A stretch of 32,000 nucleotides of DNA. Origin: Crocosphaera subtropica ATCC 51142. GTDB lineage: Bacteria; Cyanobacteriota; Cyanobacteriia; Cyanobacteriales; Microcystaceae. The translations under genes were made by a program, and so were the position numbers. Every line of letters begins with the position of its first letter. Within the stretch, counting starts at the first letter, position 1. The notes below the pieces were generated by a model. It made no database searches. It had not been told where the DNA came from and was given only the letters and a program-made list of their open reading frames with translations. The stretch covers positions 690,001-722,000 of the forward strand of contig NC_010546.1 in NCBI RefSeq assembly GCF_000017845.1, given 5' to 3'. This document shows, piece after piece, positions 1-9,604 of this stretch.

Positions 1-1101
1 TTATCTGAACAAAAACGGCTGAGTAATGTAGCTGTAGATGCTATTTTTGATAGCGTATCTGTGGGAACAACTTATAAAGAAAAATTAGCAGAAGATGGCG
101 TTATTTTCTGTTCTATTTCTGAAGCTTTAGAAGAACATCCTGAATTAGTTAAAAAATATCTCGGTAGTGTTGTGCCTGTGGGGGATAATTTCTTTGCTGC
201 ATTGAATGCTGCGGTATTTAGTGATGGTTCTTTTGTGTTTATTCCTAAAGGGGTAAAATGCCCGATGGAACTGTCTACTTATTTTCGTATTAATAATGGA
301 GACACGGGACAATTTGAACGCACTTTAATTGTGGCAGAAGAAGGTGCATCTGTCAGCTATTTAGAAGGTTGTACCGCACCCATGTATGATAGTAATCAAC
401 TTCATGCCGCTGTAGTAGAATTAGTCGCTTTAGATAATGCAGATATTAAATACTCTACGGTGCAAAATTGGTACGCCGGTGACGAAAATGGTAAGGGCGG
501 AATTTATAATTTTGTAACCAAAAGAGGACTCTGTAAAGGAGTTAATTCTAAGATTTCTTGGACTCAAGTAGAAACCGGTTCTGCTATTACCTGGAAGTAT
601 CCCAGTTGTGTGTTAGTTGGCGATAATTCTGTTGGGGAATTTTACTCTATTGCTTTAACTAATAATAAGCAGCAAGCTGACACGGGAACCAAGATGATTC
701 ATATTGGTAAAAATACTCGTAGTACCATTATTTCTAAAGGGATTTCTGCTGGAAACTCCAAAAATAGCTATCGTGGTTTAGTGCAAATGGGACCCAAAGC
801 AAAAGGGGCAAGAAATTACTCTCAATGCGATTCAATGTTAATTGGAGATAACGCAGAAGCTAATACCTTCCCTTATATTCAAGTTGATAATAATACGGCT
901 AAAGTTGAACATGAAGCCTCGACTTCTAAGATAGGAGAAGATCAACTATTTTATTTTGCTCAAAGGGGTATTTCTGAAGAGGATGCTATCTCTATGTTAG
1001 TCAGTGGTTTTTGTCAAGATGTTTTGAGTGAATTACCGATGGAATTTGCTTCAGAAGCTGATAAATTATTGAGTTTGAAGTTAGAAGGAACCGTCGGATA
1101 G
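1..1101 (+). CDS. sufB: Fe-S cluster assembly protein SufB, 5'-truncated by the window edge; the frame is open from nt 1
   Basis: The frame-1 translation from nt 1 ([29 protein letters not shown]...) continues into the listed ORF. SufB-typical blocks are present: [31 protein letters not shown] and [16 protein letters not shown]. sufC follows immediately. Confidence 0.95.
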   Translation, partial: LSEQKRLSNVAVDAIFDSVSVGTTYKEKLAEDGVIFCSISEALEEHPELVKKYLGSVVPVGDNFFAALNAAVFSDGSFVFIPKGVKCPMELSTYFRINNGDTGQFERTLIVAEEGASVSYLEGCTAPMYDSNQLHAAVVELVALDNADIKYSTVQNWYAGDENGKGGIYNFVTKRGLCKGVNSKISWTQVETGSAITWKYPSCVLVGDNSVGEFYSIALTNNKQQADTGTKMIHIGKNTRSTIISKGISAGNSKNSYRGLVQMGPKAKGARNYSQCDSMLIGDNAEANTFPYIQVDNNTAKVEHEASTSKIGEDQLFYFAQRGISEEDAISMLVSGFCQDVLSELPMEFASEADKLLSLKLEGTVG

Positions 1102-1187
1102 ATAGTTATCAATTATCAGTTATAAGTCATCAGTTTTCCAGGATTGATGGCTTCTATTTGTCAACAATTCAACAATTAATCAAAATA

Positions 1188-1958
1188 ATGAGTAACGTTA
1201 TCCTATCTGTTAAAAATTTGACTGCAAATGTAGAAGGTACTCCTATTTTAAAAGGGGTTAACCTTGAAATTAAAGCAGGGGAAGTTCATGCTATTATGGG
1301 CAGAAATGGTTCAGGAAAAAGCACTTTATCCAAGGTTTTAGCCGGACACCCTGACTACGAAGTGACAGGAGGTGAAGTGGTTTATAAAGGGGAGAATATT
1401 CTAGATAAAAGCCCCGATGAAAGAGCATTAGAAGGGATATTTTTAGCTTTTCAATATCCTTTAGAAATTCCTGGGGTTAGTAACTTAGACTTCTTGAGAG
1501 TTGCGTACAATACTCGTCGTAAACATCTAGGTTTAGAGGAAATTGACACTTTTGATTTTGAAGATTTAGTCGAGGAAAAATTAGAGGTTGTCAAGATGAA
1601 TGCTGCTTTTCTCGACAGAAGTTTAAATGAGGGGTTTTCTGGGGGTGAAAAGAAACGCAATGAAATCCTACAAATGGCTTTATTAGAACCCACATTAGGC
1701 ATTTTAGACGAGATTGATTCAGGATTAGATATTGATGCTTTAAAAATTGTCGCTAATGGCGTTAACCAGTTATCAACTCCTGATAATGCTTTCTTACTAA
1801 TTACTCATTATCAACGGTTATTAAACTATATTGAACCTCATCATGTTCATGTCATGTATGATGGTCAACTTGTTACCAGTGGTGGTAAAGAATTGGCCCT
1901 CGAATTAGAAGAATCAGGCTATGATTTCATCGAAGAAAAATTACTTGCACAAGCGTAA
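1188..1958 (+). CDS. sufC: Fe-S cluster assembly ATPase SufC
   Basis: Walker A is GRNGSGKST, the ABC signature is [11 protein letters not shown], and Walker B is [12 protein letters not shown]. The H-loop is ITHYQR. The ATG at 1188 ([11 protein letters not shown]) is preferred over the upstream TTG at 1158 listed in the ORF track. Confidence 0.93.
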   Translation: MSNVILSVKNLTANVEGTPILKGVNLEIKAGEVHAIMGRNGSGKSTLSKVLAGHPDYEVTGGEVVYKGENILDKSPDERALEGIFLAFQYPLEIPGVSNLDFLRVAYNTRRKHLGLEEIDTFDFEDLVEEKLEVVKMNAAFLDRSLNEGFSGGEKKRNEILQMALLEPTLGILDEIDSGLDIDALKIVANGVNQLSTPDNAFLLITHYQRLLNYIEPHHVHVMYDGQLVTSGGKELALELEESGYDFIEEKLLAQA

Positions 1959-2008
1959 ATTATAAGCAATATTTAGGGGTGATTTATATTTTGCCCCTAG
2001 ATAATTAA

Positions 2009-2425
2009 TCAAAATGGAGAGAAAACAAAAAAATAAGTGAAAAAGGAAAAGAGTTAATTCAAAAAGTCAAGGAAGAATTTAAAGATACTAAACAGCAAGA
2101 AAGTATTTTACAATTGATAGAAACAATCTTAGTGTATAAACTGCCTAAAATCAATCGTAAGGAGATAGAAAAGATGTTTAGTTTAAGTGATTTAAGAGAA
2201 ACTAAAGTTTATCAGGAAGCTTTAGAAGAAGGAAGACAGCAAGGAGAATTAGTTGCTAAACAAAACCTAATTCTACGTCAACTTAATCTAAAAATTGGTA
2301 AGATTTACCCTAATCTTGAAGAAGAAGTTAAACAGTTAACTCTAACGGAATTAGATAATTTAGCTCTTGCTTTATTCGATTTTTCAAATGTAGAAGATTT
2401 ACAACAGTGGTTAGCATCCCATTAA
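2009..2425 (+). pseudogene. C-terminal fragment (DUF4351-type) of an Rpn / PD-(D/E)XK 'putative transposase' family protein; the N-terminal nuclease domain is absent
   Basis: The frame is open from 2009 with no in-frame ATG until the internal Met at nt 2174. The translation KGKELIQKVKEEFKDTKQQESILQLIETILVYKLPKINRKEIEKMFSLSDLRETKVYQEALEEGRQQGE...LTELDNLALALFDFSNVEDLQQWL has the pattern typical of the C-terminal domain of cyanobacterial Rpn-family proteins (about 280-300 aa). Only about 135 aa are present, directly after the sufC stop. Confidence 0.6.
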
Positions 2426-2609
2426 ACCGATTAAAATTCCCTTTCAAAATAATCAAACTATTGAGGAAAAAGATACAAACAATACTTGTATTTTTCCCTA
2501 TCTATATGATTAAACTTTGCCTATTTGCCCATTTTTACTAGAAAACTTGTTCAGCTAACCCGAATTAGTCGTAAACTATATAGTTGAAACAATCGGAAGG
2601 AGTTGGCGC

Positions 2610-3059
2610 GTGGAACGCACATTTATCATGATTAAACCCGATGGGGTACAACGGGGACTGGTGGGTGAAGTCATCGGTCGTTTTGAAGCCAAAGGATTTA
2701 CCCTAGTGGGACTCAAATTAATGTCAGTGTCCAAAGAATTAGCCGAAGAACACTACGATGTCCATAAAGAACGTCCTTTCTTCGGCAGTTTAGTGGAGTT
2801 TATCTGTTCTTCTCCTGTTGTTGCTATGGTATGGGAAGGAGACGGCGTGGTGGCTTCTGCGCGGAAACTCATTGGCGCAACTAACCCCTTATCGGCCGAA
2901 CCAGGAACCATTCGGGGGGATTTCGGGGTCAGTGTGGGACGCAACTTAATTCATGGTTCCGATGCCATTGAAACGGCGCAACGGGAGATTAGTCTCTGGT
3001 TTAACGAAAAAGAGTTAAGCAGTTGGGAACCGACGGCTAAAACTTGGTTATACGAATAA
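2610..3059 (+). CDS. ndk: Nucleoside diphosphate kinase
   Basis: GTG start preceded by [34 protein letters not shown], the NLIHGSD active-site His block, and a length of 149 aa all fit Ndk. Confidence 0.95.
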   Translation: MERTFIMIKPDGVQRGLVGEVIGRFEAKGFTLVGLKLMSVSKELAEEHYDVHKERPFFGSLVEFICSSPVVAMVWEGDGVVASARKLIGATNPLSAEPGTIRGDFGVSVGRNLIHGSDAIETAQREISLWFNEKELSSWEPTAKTWLYE

Positions 3060-3068
3060 ATTTTCAGG

Positions 3069-3111
3069 GTAGCCCTTTTACTGGAGATTTTTCTCTTTGT
3101 CAGAGGGCTAC
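3069..3111. terminator. Hairpin between the convergent ndk and GGDEF genes
   Basis: An 8-bp inverted repeat GTAGCCCT (3069-3076) / AGGGCTAC (3104-3111) has a 27-nt loop and is followed by TTGTTGG. The large loop and weak T-tract limit confidence. Confidence 0.35.
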
Positions 3112-3142
3112 TTGTTGGCCAAAACCAAACAAGAATAGAATC

Positions 3143-4624
3143 TTAAGAGGAATTGATAAAATAACAGACACAATTACGGCCATTTTCTTTAGCTTGATAA
3201 AGGGCATCATCCGCTTCTTCAATTAAGTGTTCATATTCGTCTGTTTCTTGAGGAATTTTAGAAGTAACACCCATACTAATAGTAACATGGTCACTAACTA
3301 AGGAATTTTCATGGGGAATGTTCATCGCTTCAATGGCATTTCTAATCATTTCTGCTAATGCTAATGCCCCATTCAAATCGGTATTCGGTAAAAGAATGAC
3401 AAATTCTTCTCCTCCATATCTAGCCACTAAATCAGAGGGACGTTTAACCTGTCTTCTTATTCCTTGAGCGACTTCTTGTAAACAACTATCTCCCCCTAAA
3501 TGACCATAGGTTTCGTTATAAATCTTGAAGTAATCCACATCACACAGGATGAGGGAAATGACCGACTTTTCTCTTCTTCCTCTTTGCCATTCTCGGTATA
3601 AAACTTCATCAAAATAACGACGATTAAAAATTTGGGTTAAGCCATCTAAATTAACTAATGCCTTTAGTTTTTTGAGGGCTTGTTGTAATTCTATTGTTCT
3701 CTGTTCAACTCGCTTTTCTAAAGTCTGACGGGCTTCTTTTAATTCAGTAATATGTTCATCAATCCATTGAATTAATTGATTCATAGAAGTAGCTAATTTT
3801 CCAACTTCATCTTGAGTGGTGACAGGGGCTTTTAATTGAAAGTTGGATTCTTGAGTTACCCGTTGGGCAATATGGGTTAATTGTTCTAGGGGATAGGCAA
3901 TTATTTTACCTGTATATAAAGCAGAAATAGTCGATATAATCAAAGAAATAATAATACTACTAAGTATGATTTTCATTCTTAATAAATTAGCTTTTATCAT
4001 TTCTTTCTCAGCACTATTTTGATTATCTAAAGCCGAATTAATGATTAAAGATAAACTTTCTGATAATTTTTCAAATTGAATTTCAAGATTTTGTATTTTT
4101 TGGCTTTTGATTAGCTGTAAAACCATATCTTGATTATTTAATTGACTATCATTACTAGAAATGGGTGTTACGATTCTCCAAAGTGATTTTATATGTTTCT
4201 CGTATTCATCTAAATAATAGTCATATTTTTTTACTATTTTTTTTAGCTTTTGATTGTCAATACTGTCATAATTGCTATCTAAAAAAATATTTAGTTCAGA
4301 TAAAGTATGTTCAATTTTTTGACTATTAAGACTAAATTTGTTGGTTTCATATTCAAACCAAATAGAGTCATCAACAACAACAATTAATGTTTTAGGATGG
4401 GAGCGAATTTGTAAAATATGATTATGCAGTTGAGATAATAAAAGAATTTTTCTATTCGCTAATTGTAACTTTTGGTAAGCTTTGTTTTCGTAATAATCAC
4501 CTAAAGCGAGTCCTGAAATAATTCCTAAGATAAAAATAGTAATCACAACTACATAACCGTATCCTATCTTGTGACCAATCTTGCTATGGGTTAATATTCT
4601 TTTTAATTGGTTGGTAACAAACAT
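3143..4624 (-). CDS. Membrane-bound diguanylate cyclase: TM - about 170-aa extracytoplasmic helical region - TM - HAMP - coiled coil - GGDEF
   Basis: Two hydrophobic segments are present (GYGYVVVITIFILGIISGLALG and KIILSSIIISLIISTISALYTG). A HAMP-like stretch follows the second TM. The active site RYGGEEF has its GGEEF codons at 3401-3415. An RxxD I-site (RPSD) lies 5 residues upstream of GGEEF. Confidence 0.9.
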   Translation of the reverse strand: MFVTNQLKRILTHSKIGHKIGYGYVVVITIFILGIISGLALGDYYENKAYQKLQLANRKILLLSQLHNHILQIRSHPKTLIVVVDDSIWFEYETNKFSLNSQKIEHTLSELNIFLDSNYDSIDNQKLKKIVKKYDYYLDEYEKHIKSLWRIVTPISSNDSQLNNQDMVLQLIKSQKIQNLEIQFEKLSESLSLIINSALDNQNSAEKEMIKANLLRMKIILSSIIISLIISTISALYTGKIIAYPLEQLTHIAQRVTQESNFQLKAPVTTQDEVGKLATSMNQLIQWIDEHITELKEARQTLEKRVEQRTIELQQALKKLKALVNLDGLTQIFNRRYFDEVLYREWQRGRREKSVISLILCDVDYFKIYNETYGHLGGDSCLQEVAQGIRRQVKRPSDLVARYGGEEFVILLPNTDLNGALALAEMIRNAIEAMNIPHENSLVSDHVTISMGVTSKIPQETDEYEHLIEEADDALYQAKENGRNCVCYFINSS

Positions 4625-5051
4625 AAAAATAGTTAAGATAGTTGCTCAGAATGGATAGCTTACTAAAATTACAAATAAGGACAATAATTAATATCAAATC
4701 ATAGACAATCAGTATTGTTCTATACTAAAATTGTAAAATAGTAGTAAAAACAACAACCAGATTTGATTGAGATAAACTAAAAACTAATGAACAACAGTGT
4801 TAGGACTATTATATAACTAGAAAGGATTTAATTTAAAAGAATATTATTTATCAATTAAAACTAGCTTAAATACTAGGTTGTCATCTATCATAAGTATGAT
4901 TACAAATTATATAAAAATCATAGGCTATAGATAAAAGTCTATAGATATAAATCAAAACTATAATTTCTACTCATCATAACAGCTTATCACTATTATGTTA
5001 ATGGATTTAACTCTTGAAAAAATGTTAGTTGATTTTAATTATCTTCAGAGT

Positions 5052-5945
5052 ATGAAAAGAAGAAACTTATTAGTTTACGGTGTATTATTCCTGATGGGTT
5101 GTATGGCGAAACAAAAATTAGAAAATGAACCTGTTATCTCTTCTATTCCTATTATTCCTAAAACCTTACGTTTTGCTGTTACAGATGCAGTAGCAGTGGG
5201 AGAATTAGAAGAAAAATACGAACCCTTTAGACAAGTTTTAAGTCAAGTTTTAGGGACTCATATTGAGTTTTTTCCAGTTGATAATTATTTTAAAGCAGCA
5301 GCAGCTTTAAATTCCCATGAAGTTGACTTAGTTTGGGCTGGACCTTCTGAATATGTTGTTATTAAAGCAAGAAGTAATGCTATTCCTATGATTGGCATAA
5401 AACGGGTTGATTATTATACAGTTATCGTAGTCCGTAAAGACCGTGGAATTAAATCATTAACAGACTTAAAAGGAAAGACAATTGATTTTGAACATAATGG
5501 TTCAACTAGCACCCATATCGGGGGAATAAAACTATTAATGGATTCTGGTTTAAACCCTCAAACTGATTTTCAATCTATCATGTCTGAGGACGATAGTTTA
5601 ATGCCTTTAATTAAAAACATGGCAGATGCTTGTTCTAGAAATCCTTATCGTTATCAAGCAGCATTAGAAAAAGATAATTTATCAAAAGCAAATTTTCCTA
5701 TTATTGCTGAAGGGCAACCTTTACCTAATGATATTTTAATTGTGGGTAGTCATATTCAGTTAGAAGTTATTAATTATATTAGGCAATTAATGTTAGAAAA
5801 TCAGAATAAACTTATAGAAGCTATTTTATCGGTTAAAGCTTTACAAAATAAATTCCAAGGGTCAACTTTAACTCCTGCAAAAGATGATGACTATGATATG
5901 ATTCGTGATGTTTATCGAGCAATGGGGCAAGGAGTTTTTTTGTAA
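5052..5945 (+). CDS. PhnD-family (phosphonate/phosphite-type) periplasmic substrate-binding lipoprotein, with no adjacent ABC permease or ATPase
   Basis: The ATG at 5052 gives MKRRNLLVYGVLFLMGC, a signal peptide with lipobox LMGC. PhnD-like blocks are LRFAV...YEPF...L...IEFFPV.NY...AAL....VDLVWAGPSEY and TDLKGKT..F....STS. The ORF track start at 4995 is an upstream alternative. Confidence 0.75.
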   Translation: MKRRNLLVYGVLFLMGCMAKQKLENEPVISSIPIIPKTLRFAVTDAVAVGELEEKYEPFRQVLSQVLGTHIEFFPVDNYFKAAAALNSHEVDLVWAGPSEYVVIKARSNAIPMIGIKRVDYYTVIVVRKDRGIKSLTDLKGKTIDFEHNGSTSTHIGGIKLLMDSGLNPQTDFQSIMSEDDSLMPLIKNMADACSRNPYRYQAALEKDNLSKANFPIIAEGQPLPNDILIVGSHIQLEVINYIRQLMLENQNKLIEAILSVKALQNKFQGSTLTPAKDDDYDMIRDVYRAMGQGVFL

Positions 5946-6040
5946 AAATAGATATAATTTGGGAAGTATTATAGGAAATATATAGCTTTAGAATCACTCA
6001 AGTGATCGTCAACATTCTAATCTAATTCAAGAGGTAAATT

Positions 6041-6241
6041 ATGCCCTATATTAATATCCAAATTACCACAGGAGCCACCAAAGAACAAAAAGCGCAGTTG
6101 GTTCGGGAAGTAACAGATTCTCTCGTTCGTATCCTTGGGAAGAAACCAGAACATATTCATATCGTCATCCAGGAAATTGAAGAAGAAAACTGGGGTTTTT
6201 GTGGTTTACTGACAGACGAATGGAAAAAACAACAAAATTAA
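6041..6241 (+). CDS. 4-oxalocrotonate tautomerase family enzyme
   Basis: The 66-aa product starts MPYINIQI, giving a catalytic Pro-1 after Met removal. The beta-alpha-beta signature ...KEQKAQLVREVTDSLVRILGKKPEHIHIVIQEI is present. AGAGG lies upstream of the ATG. Confidence 0.85.
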   Translation: MPYINIQITTGATKEQKAQLVREVTDSLVRILGKKPEHIHIVIQEIEEENWGFCGLLTDEWKKQQN

Positions 6242-6286
6242 ACCTAAACGAATCAGTCAAAAAATAATTAATTTTAAGGATAAATG

Positions 6287-6793
6287 TTAAATATAACGTC
6301 TCATCCAAACTGCTTCAATTTTTAAATGATTTACCAGGATAATATCAATATTTTTTACAGACTTGAAGCCTAAAGCACGATAAAATCCTTCTGCATTTAA
6401 ACTAGAAAAACATTCAAAACACTTAATTTGAGCCATCTTAGCTTCTTTTTCACACCTTTGATAAATTTTGCGTCCAATAGATTTACGAGTCCATTGGGGA
6501 TGGGTAGCAAAATGACGAATATGGCCTAACCCCGTCTCTATTTCGCTGCTACCCGGTTTTTCTTTTGTCCAACCACCACAACCAATCACCGATTTATCTT
6601 TGGTTTCGGCTAAATAAAAGGTTCCTGATGAGAGTAAAAATGGATTGGCTTTTGTCATGATTGGCAAAATATTGGAGAGATGTTCCTCAGAGTATCGAGA
6701 TTTCATCAAAACGGGATAAGACGCTTTTAATAATTGGGTAACAACTTCTTTATCTTCTAAAGAGGCAACTCTAATGCTGAAATCAGTTGACAT
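6287..6793 (-). CDS. GNAT family N-acetyltransferase
   Basis: The product is 168 aa. GNAT motif A-like HIRHFATHPQWTRKSIGRKIY is followed by the C-terminal FYRALGF block. Confidence 0.8.
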   Translation of the reverse strand: MSTDFSIRVASLEDKEVVTQLLKASYPVLMKSRYSEEHLSNILPIMTKANPFLLSSGTFYLAETKDKSVIGCGGWTKEKPGSSEIETGLGHIRHFATHPQWTRKSIGRKIYQRCEKEAKMAQIKCFECFSSLNAEGFYRALGFKSVKNIDIILVNHLKIEAVWMRRYI

Positions 6794-6853
6794 GGCATTT
6801 TGGGTTTGCGAGTTTGTTTCAAGATAATCTATTTTTCATTAATTCGTGATTAC

Positions 6854-6890
6854 CTGACATTTTCTGTTTCTAACTACTGACATTTTCTGT
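6854..6890. promoter_or_regulatory. Perfect 14-bp direct repeat CTGACATTTTCTGT x2 in the divergent GNAT / methyltransferase promoter region
   Basis: The copies lie at 6854-6867 and 6877-6890, spaced 23 bp start to start. Each contains TGACAT, which resembles a -35 box. A candidate operator or tandem promoter element. Confidence 0.4.
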
Positions 6891-6952
6891 AACCACAGTC
6901 AAGTCATTCTTGTTTACCCTGAACATAGATGCAAAAAATATAAGGGACAAAG

Positions 6953-8032
6953 ATGAATACAGCCACCTTAAAACCCAAAGATCCGGTTGCGATCGCCTCA
7001 GAATTATTAAATATTCTTAATCATGGGGCCTTATCTTTGATGATTTCCATTGGTCATCGGACCCAACTGTTTGATGTCATGGCCAACTTACCTCCTGCAA
7101 CTAGCGACACCATTGCAGAGGCTGCAGGGTTAAATGAGCGTTACGTTAGAGAATGGTTGGGGGCTATGGTTGTTGGAGGCATTGTTACTTATCACCCCGA
7201 TGATCGCACCTATCAGTTACCGTCTGAATATGCAGCCTTTCTCACCCGTCAAGCCACCCCTAATAATATGGCGGTGACAATGCAGTTTATTCCTGTTTTA
7301 GCCCAAGTCGAAGATGAGATTATTCGTTGTTTTCAACAGGGTGGGGGACTTCCTTACACGGCATATCCGAGGTTTCATGAAGTTATGGCAGAAGATAGCG
7401 GACAAGGGGTGGTAGCGGTGCTAGATGAAGCTATTTTACCCTTAGTTCCAGGGTTAACAGCAAAATTATCTGATGGCATTAAGGTCTTAGACGTGGGATG
7501 TGGGAGTGGACGTGCTATCAGTAAACTGGCGCAACTTTACCCCCGTAGTCAGTTTATCGGGGTTGATTTCTCTGAAACGGCGATCGCCTTAGCCCGATCT
7601 CAGGCTCAAGGGTTGGGACTCAATAATCTGAAGTTTGAAGTACAAGATGCAGCCAATCTTAACTTTGAGCAACCTTTTGATTTAATTACGGCCTTTGATG
7701 CCATTCACGATCAAGCTTATCCTGATCTTGTTCTTAAGAGTATCTATGAAAATTTAGAAGATCAAGGGATCTTTTTGATGCAGGATATTCGGGCTTCTCG
7801 TGATGTACATGAAAACTTAGACCACCCGGCTAGAACCTTTCTTTATACTATTTCTTGCTTACATTGTATGTCGGTTTCTTTAGCCAATAATGGGGCCGGT
7901 TTGGGAACGGTTTGGGGTGAAGAAACTGCTTTAGAAATGTTAAAAGAAACTGGATTTGAGCAAATTGCTGTGAAACAACTTCCCCATGATCCCATGAACA
8001 ATTTTTATATTGTTCAAAAAACCACTCACTAA
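6953..8032 (+). CDS. Class I SAM-dependent methyltransferase with an N-terminal winged-helix-like domain
   Basis: Motif I is VLDVGCGSGRA (about nt 7486-7518), with an acidic post-I residue in GVDFS and motif II FDLITAFDAIHD. The N-terminal ~100 aa (..LFDVMANLPPATSDTIAEAAGLNERYVREWLGAMVVGGIV) resemble a wHTH or dimerisation domain. Confidence 0.85.
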   Translation: MNTATLKPKDPVAIASELLNILNHGALSLMISIGHRTQLFDVMANLPPATSDTIAEAAGLNERYVREWLGAMVVGGIVTYHPDDRTYQLPSEYAAFLTRQATPNNMAVTMQFIPVLAQVEDEIIRCFQQGGGLPYTAYPRFHEVMAEDSGQGVVAVLDEAILPLVPGLTAKLSDGIKVLDVGCGSGRAISKLAQLYPRSQFIGVDFSETAIALARSQAQGLGLNNLKFEVQDAANLNFEQPFDLITAFDAIHDQAYPDLVLKSIYENLEDQGIFLMQDIRASRDVHENLDHPARTFLYTISCLHCMSVSLANNGAGLGTVWGEETALEMLKETGFEQIAVKQLPHDPMNNFYIVQKTTH

Positions 8033-8140
8033 ACTCACCAATCTACTTTTGAAACAGGGTGGGCAATTAAACAATCTAATTGTTTTGTTAGAAATATTCT
8101 GCCAATTGCTCACCTAATAAATTCTTAAGAGGAAAACAAT

Positions 8141-9514
8141 ATGACTTCAACAGTTACCCATACATCTACTCCTAATTACTCTTATCCATCAGGCTTTAAA
8201 ACCTATGGGATAAAAAATAGCCTCCGTCTCATTTTTCAACCTTTACAAGTCTTAGAAGAAAATCGCAACGATTACGGAGATATTTATTTTTCTCCTGAAT
8301 TCGGTGGCTTTCCTCCTTTTATTATCATCGGCAATTCCCAAGGTGTTGAAGCATTGTTTAACATCAATCCTGACCTACTAGACACATCAAGTTCTAATGC
8401 CTTATTAAAACCTTTATTGGGCGATCGCTCGCTGATTCAACTCGATGGTGATCAACATCAAAAACGACGTAAATTATTAATGCCTTCCTTTCACGGTCAA
8501 CGATTACAGAGTTATGGCAATATTATCACTGATATTACCCAAAATATTCTCAATCACTGGTCAAAGTCTCAAACCTTTCCCATGAGAAAAATAACTCAAG
8601 AAATTAGTTTGAAAGTTATTTTGAGGGCTGTTTTTGGTCTAAATTTAGGAGAACGTTATCAAGACTTAGGTCGATCATTTACTGATTTTTTGGATTTATT
8701 TAATTCTCCCCTTCATACCATGACCCTTTTCTACCCAAGTTTACAAAAAGACTGGGGAAAATGGACTCCTTGGGGACAATTTCAAGCTTATAAACGAGAC
8801 GTTTATCATCGACTCGAACAGGAAATTAGGCAACATCAACAAGGATCAGACAGCGAAGATATTCTAAGTTTATTGTTATCAACAGTGGATGAAGAAGGCA
8901 ATCATCTTAGTCAAGAAGAAATTATGGACGAGTTAGTCACTTTACTATTTGCTGGCCATGAAACTACCGCTTCTACTCTAGCTTGGGCATTTTATTGGAT
9001 TCATTCTCAACCTGAAGTGTATCAGAATTTAATGGCAGAGTTGGACTCAATTAATATTAATAGTGATCCCATGATGATTGCTAAATTACCTTATTTAAGT
9101 GCAGTGGTTTCTGAAAGTTTACGCATTTATCCTAGTGTTTTATTTACCTTTGGAAGAAAGCTCAAAACTGATCTTCATTTCCTTGATTATTATCTCCCTA
9201 AAGAAACTGCCATAATTCCTTGTATTTATTTACTGCATCATCATCTTGATATTTATCCCAATTCCAAACAGTTTCAACCCGAAAGATTCTTGGAACGTCA
9301 ATTTTCTCCCTACGAATTTATTCCCTTTGGTGGTAGTAATCGTCGATGTTTAGGTTATGCTTTAGCTTTATATGAAATGAAGTTAGTTTTAGCCACAGTT
9401 CTCAAACAGGTTAAGCTTGCTTTAGTGAATAATAAAGAAATTTTACCCATTCGTAGAGGCTTTACCATGAGTCCAGCCGGAGGGGTTAAAATGAGAGTAA
9501 TTCAGCATTATTAA
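8141..9514 (+). CDS. Cytochrome P450 monooxygenase
   Basis: The heme-binding loop is FIPFGGSNRRCLGYALA (FxxGxRxCxG). The I-helix is LLFAGHETTASTLAW and the ExxR motif is ESLR. The product is 457 aa, and AAGAGGAAAA lies before the ATG. Confidence 0.9.
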   Translation: MTSTVTHTSTPNYSYPSGFKTYGIKNSLRLIFQPLQVLEENRNDYGDIYFSPEFGGFPPFIIIGNSQGVEALFNINPDLLDTSSSNALLKPLLGDRSLIQLDGDQHQKRRKLLMPSFHGQRLQSYGNIITDITQNILNHWSKSQTFPMRKITQEISLKVILRAVFGLNLGERYQDLGRSFTDFLDLFNSPLHTMTLFYPSLQKDWGKWTPWGQFQAYKRDVYHRLEQEIRQHQQGSDSEDILSLLLSTVDEEGNHLSQEEIMDELVTLLFAGHETTASTLAWAFYWIHSQPEVYQNLMAELDSININSDPMMIAKLPYLSAVVSESLRIYPSVLFTFGRKLKTDLHFLDYYLPKETAIIPCIYLLHHHLDIYPNSKQFQPERFLERQFSPYEFIPFGGSNRRCLGYALALYEMKLVLATVLKQVKLALVNNKEILPIRRGFTMSPAGGVKMRVIQHY

Positions 9515-9525
9515 TCAACGAATTT

Positions 9526-9577
9526 CAGGAAACAAAAAATATAAAATTATTCTCATTGATTACTTTTTTGTTTCCTG
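9526..9577. terminator. Perfect 14-bp inverted repeat (A/U-rich hairpin) directly after the P450 stop
   Basis: CAGGAAACAAAAAA (9526-9539) pairs with TTTTTTGTTTCCTG (9564-9577) across a 24-nt loop. The T6 and A6 runs inside the arms could let it act in either direction. Confidence 0.5.
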
Positions 9578-9604
9578 TGATTTACAAAAATAACAGTGAA
9601 AATT

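Noticed and set aside
1158-1187. Upstream alternative starts given by the ORF track: TTG 1158 for sufC, the 34-codon extension of tsf (24218-24319), GTG 25278 for moaE, and ATG 4995 for the PhnD-like gene.
   Set aside because: In each case an internal ATG yields the canonical N-terminus (MSNVILSV.., [12 protein letters not shown].., or the signal peptide MKRRN..), while the extension has no homology-like sequence.
1451-1702. An 83-aa antisense ORF inside sufC. Similar shadow ORFs occur in ndk (2753-2944), Eis-like (10385-10618, 10996-11226), tsf (23793-24061), rpsB (24283-24465, 25002-25263), glmM (26938-27120), pepA (27584-28063, 28652-29047), the GT (30839-31090), the acidic protein (22776-22988) and at 3044-3226.
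   Set aside because: Each overlaps a confidently identified gene in another frame or strand and shows no motif of its own.
1974-1999. A 6-bp stem TAGGGG/CCCCTA after sufC, and a similar AT-rich stem ATACAA/TTGTAT plus T-run at about 2473-2500 after the Rpn fragment, as possible terminators.
   Set aside because: The stems are too short or weak, and the first lacks a T-tract. I cannot distinguish them from chance.
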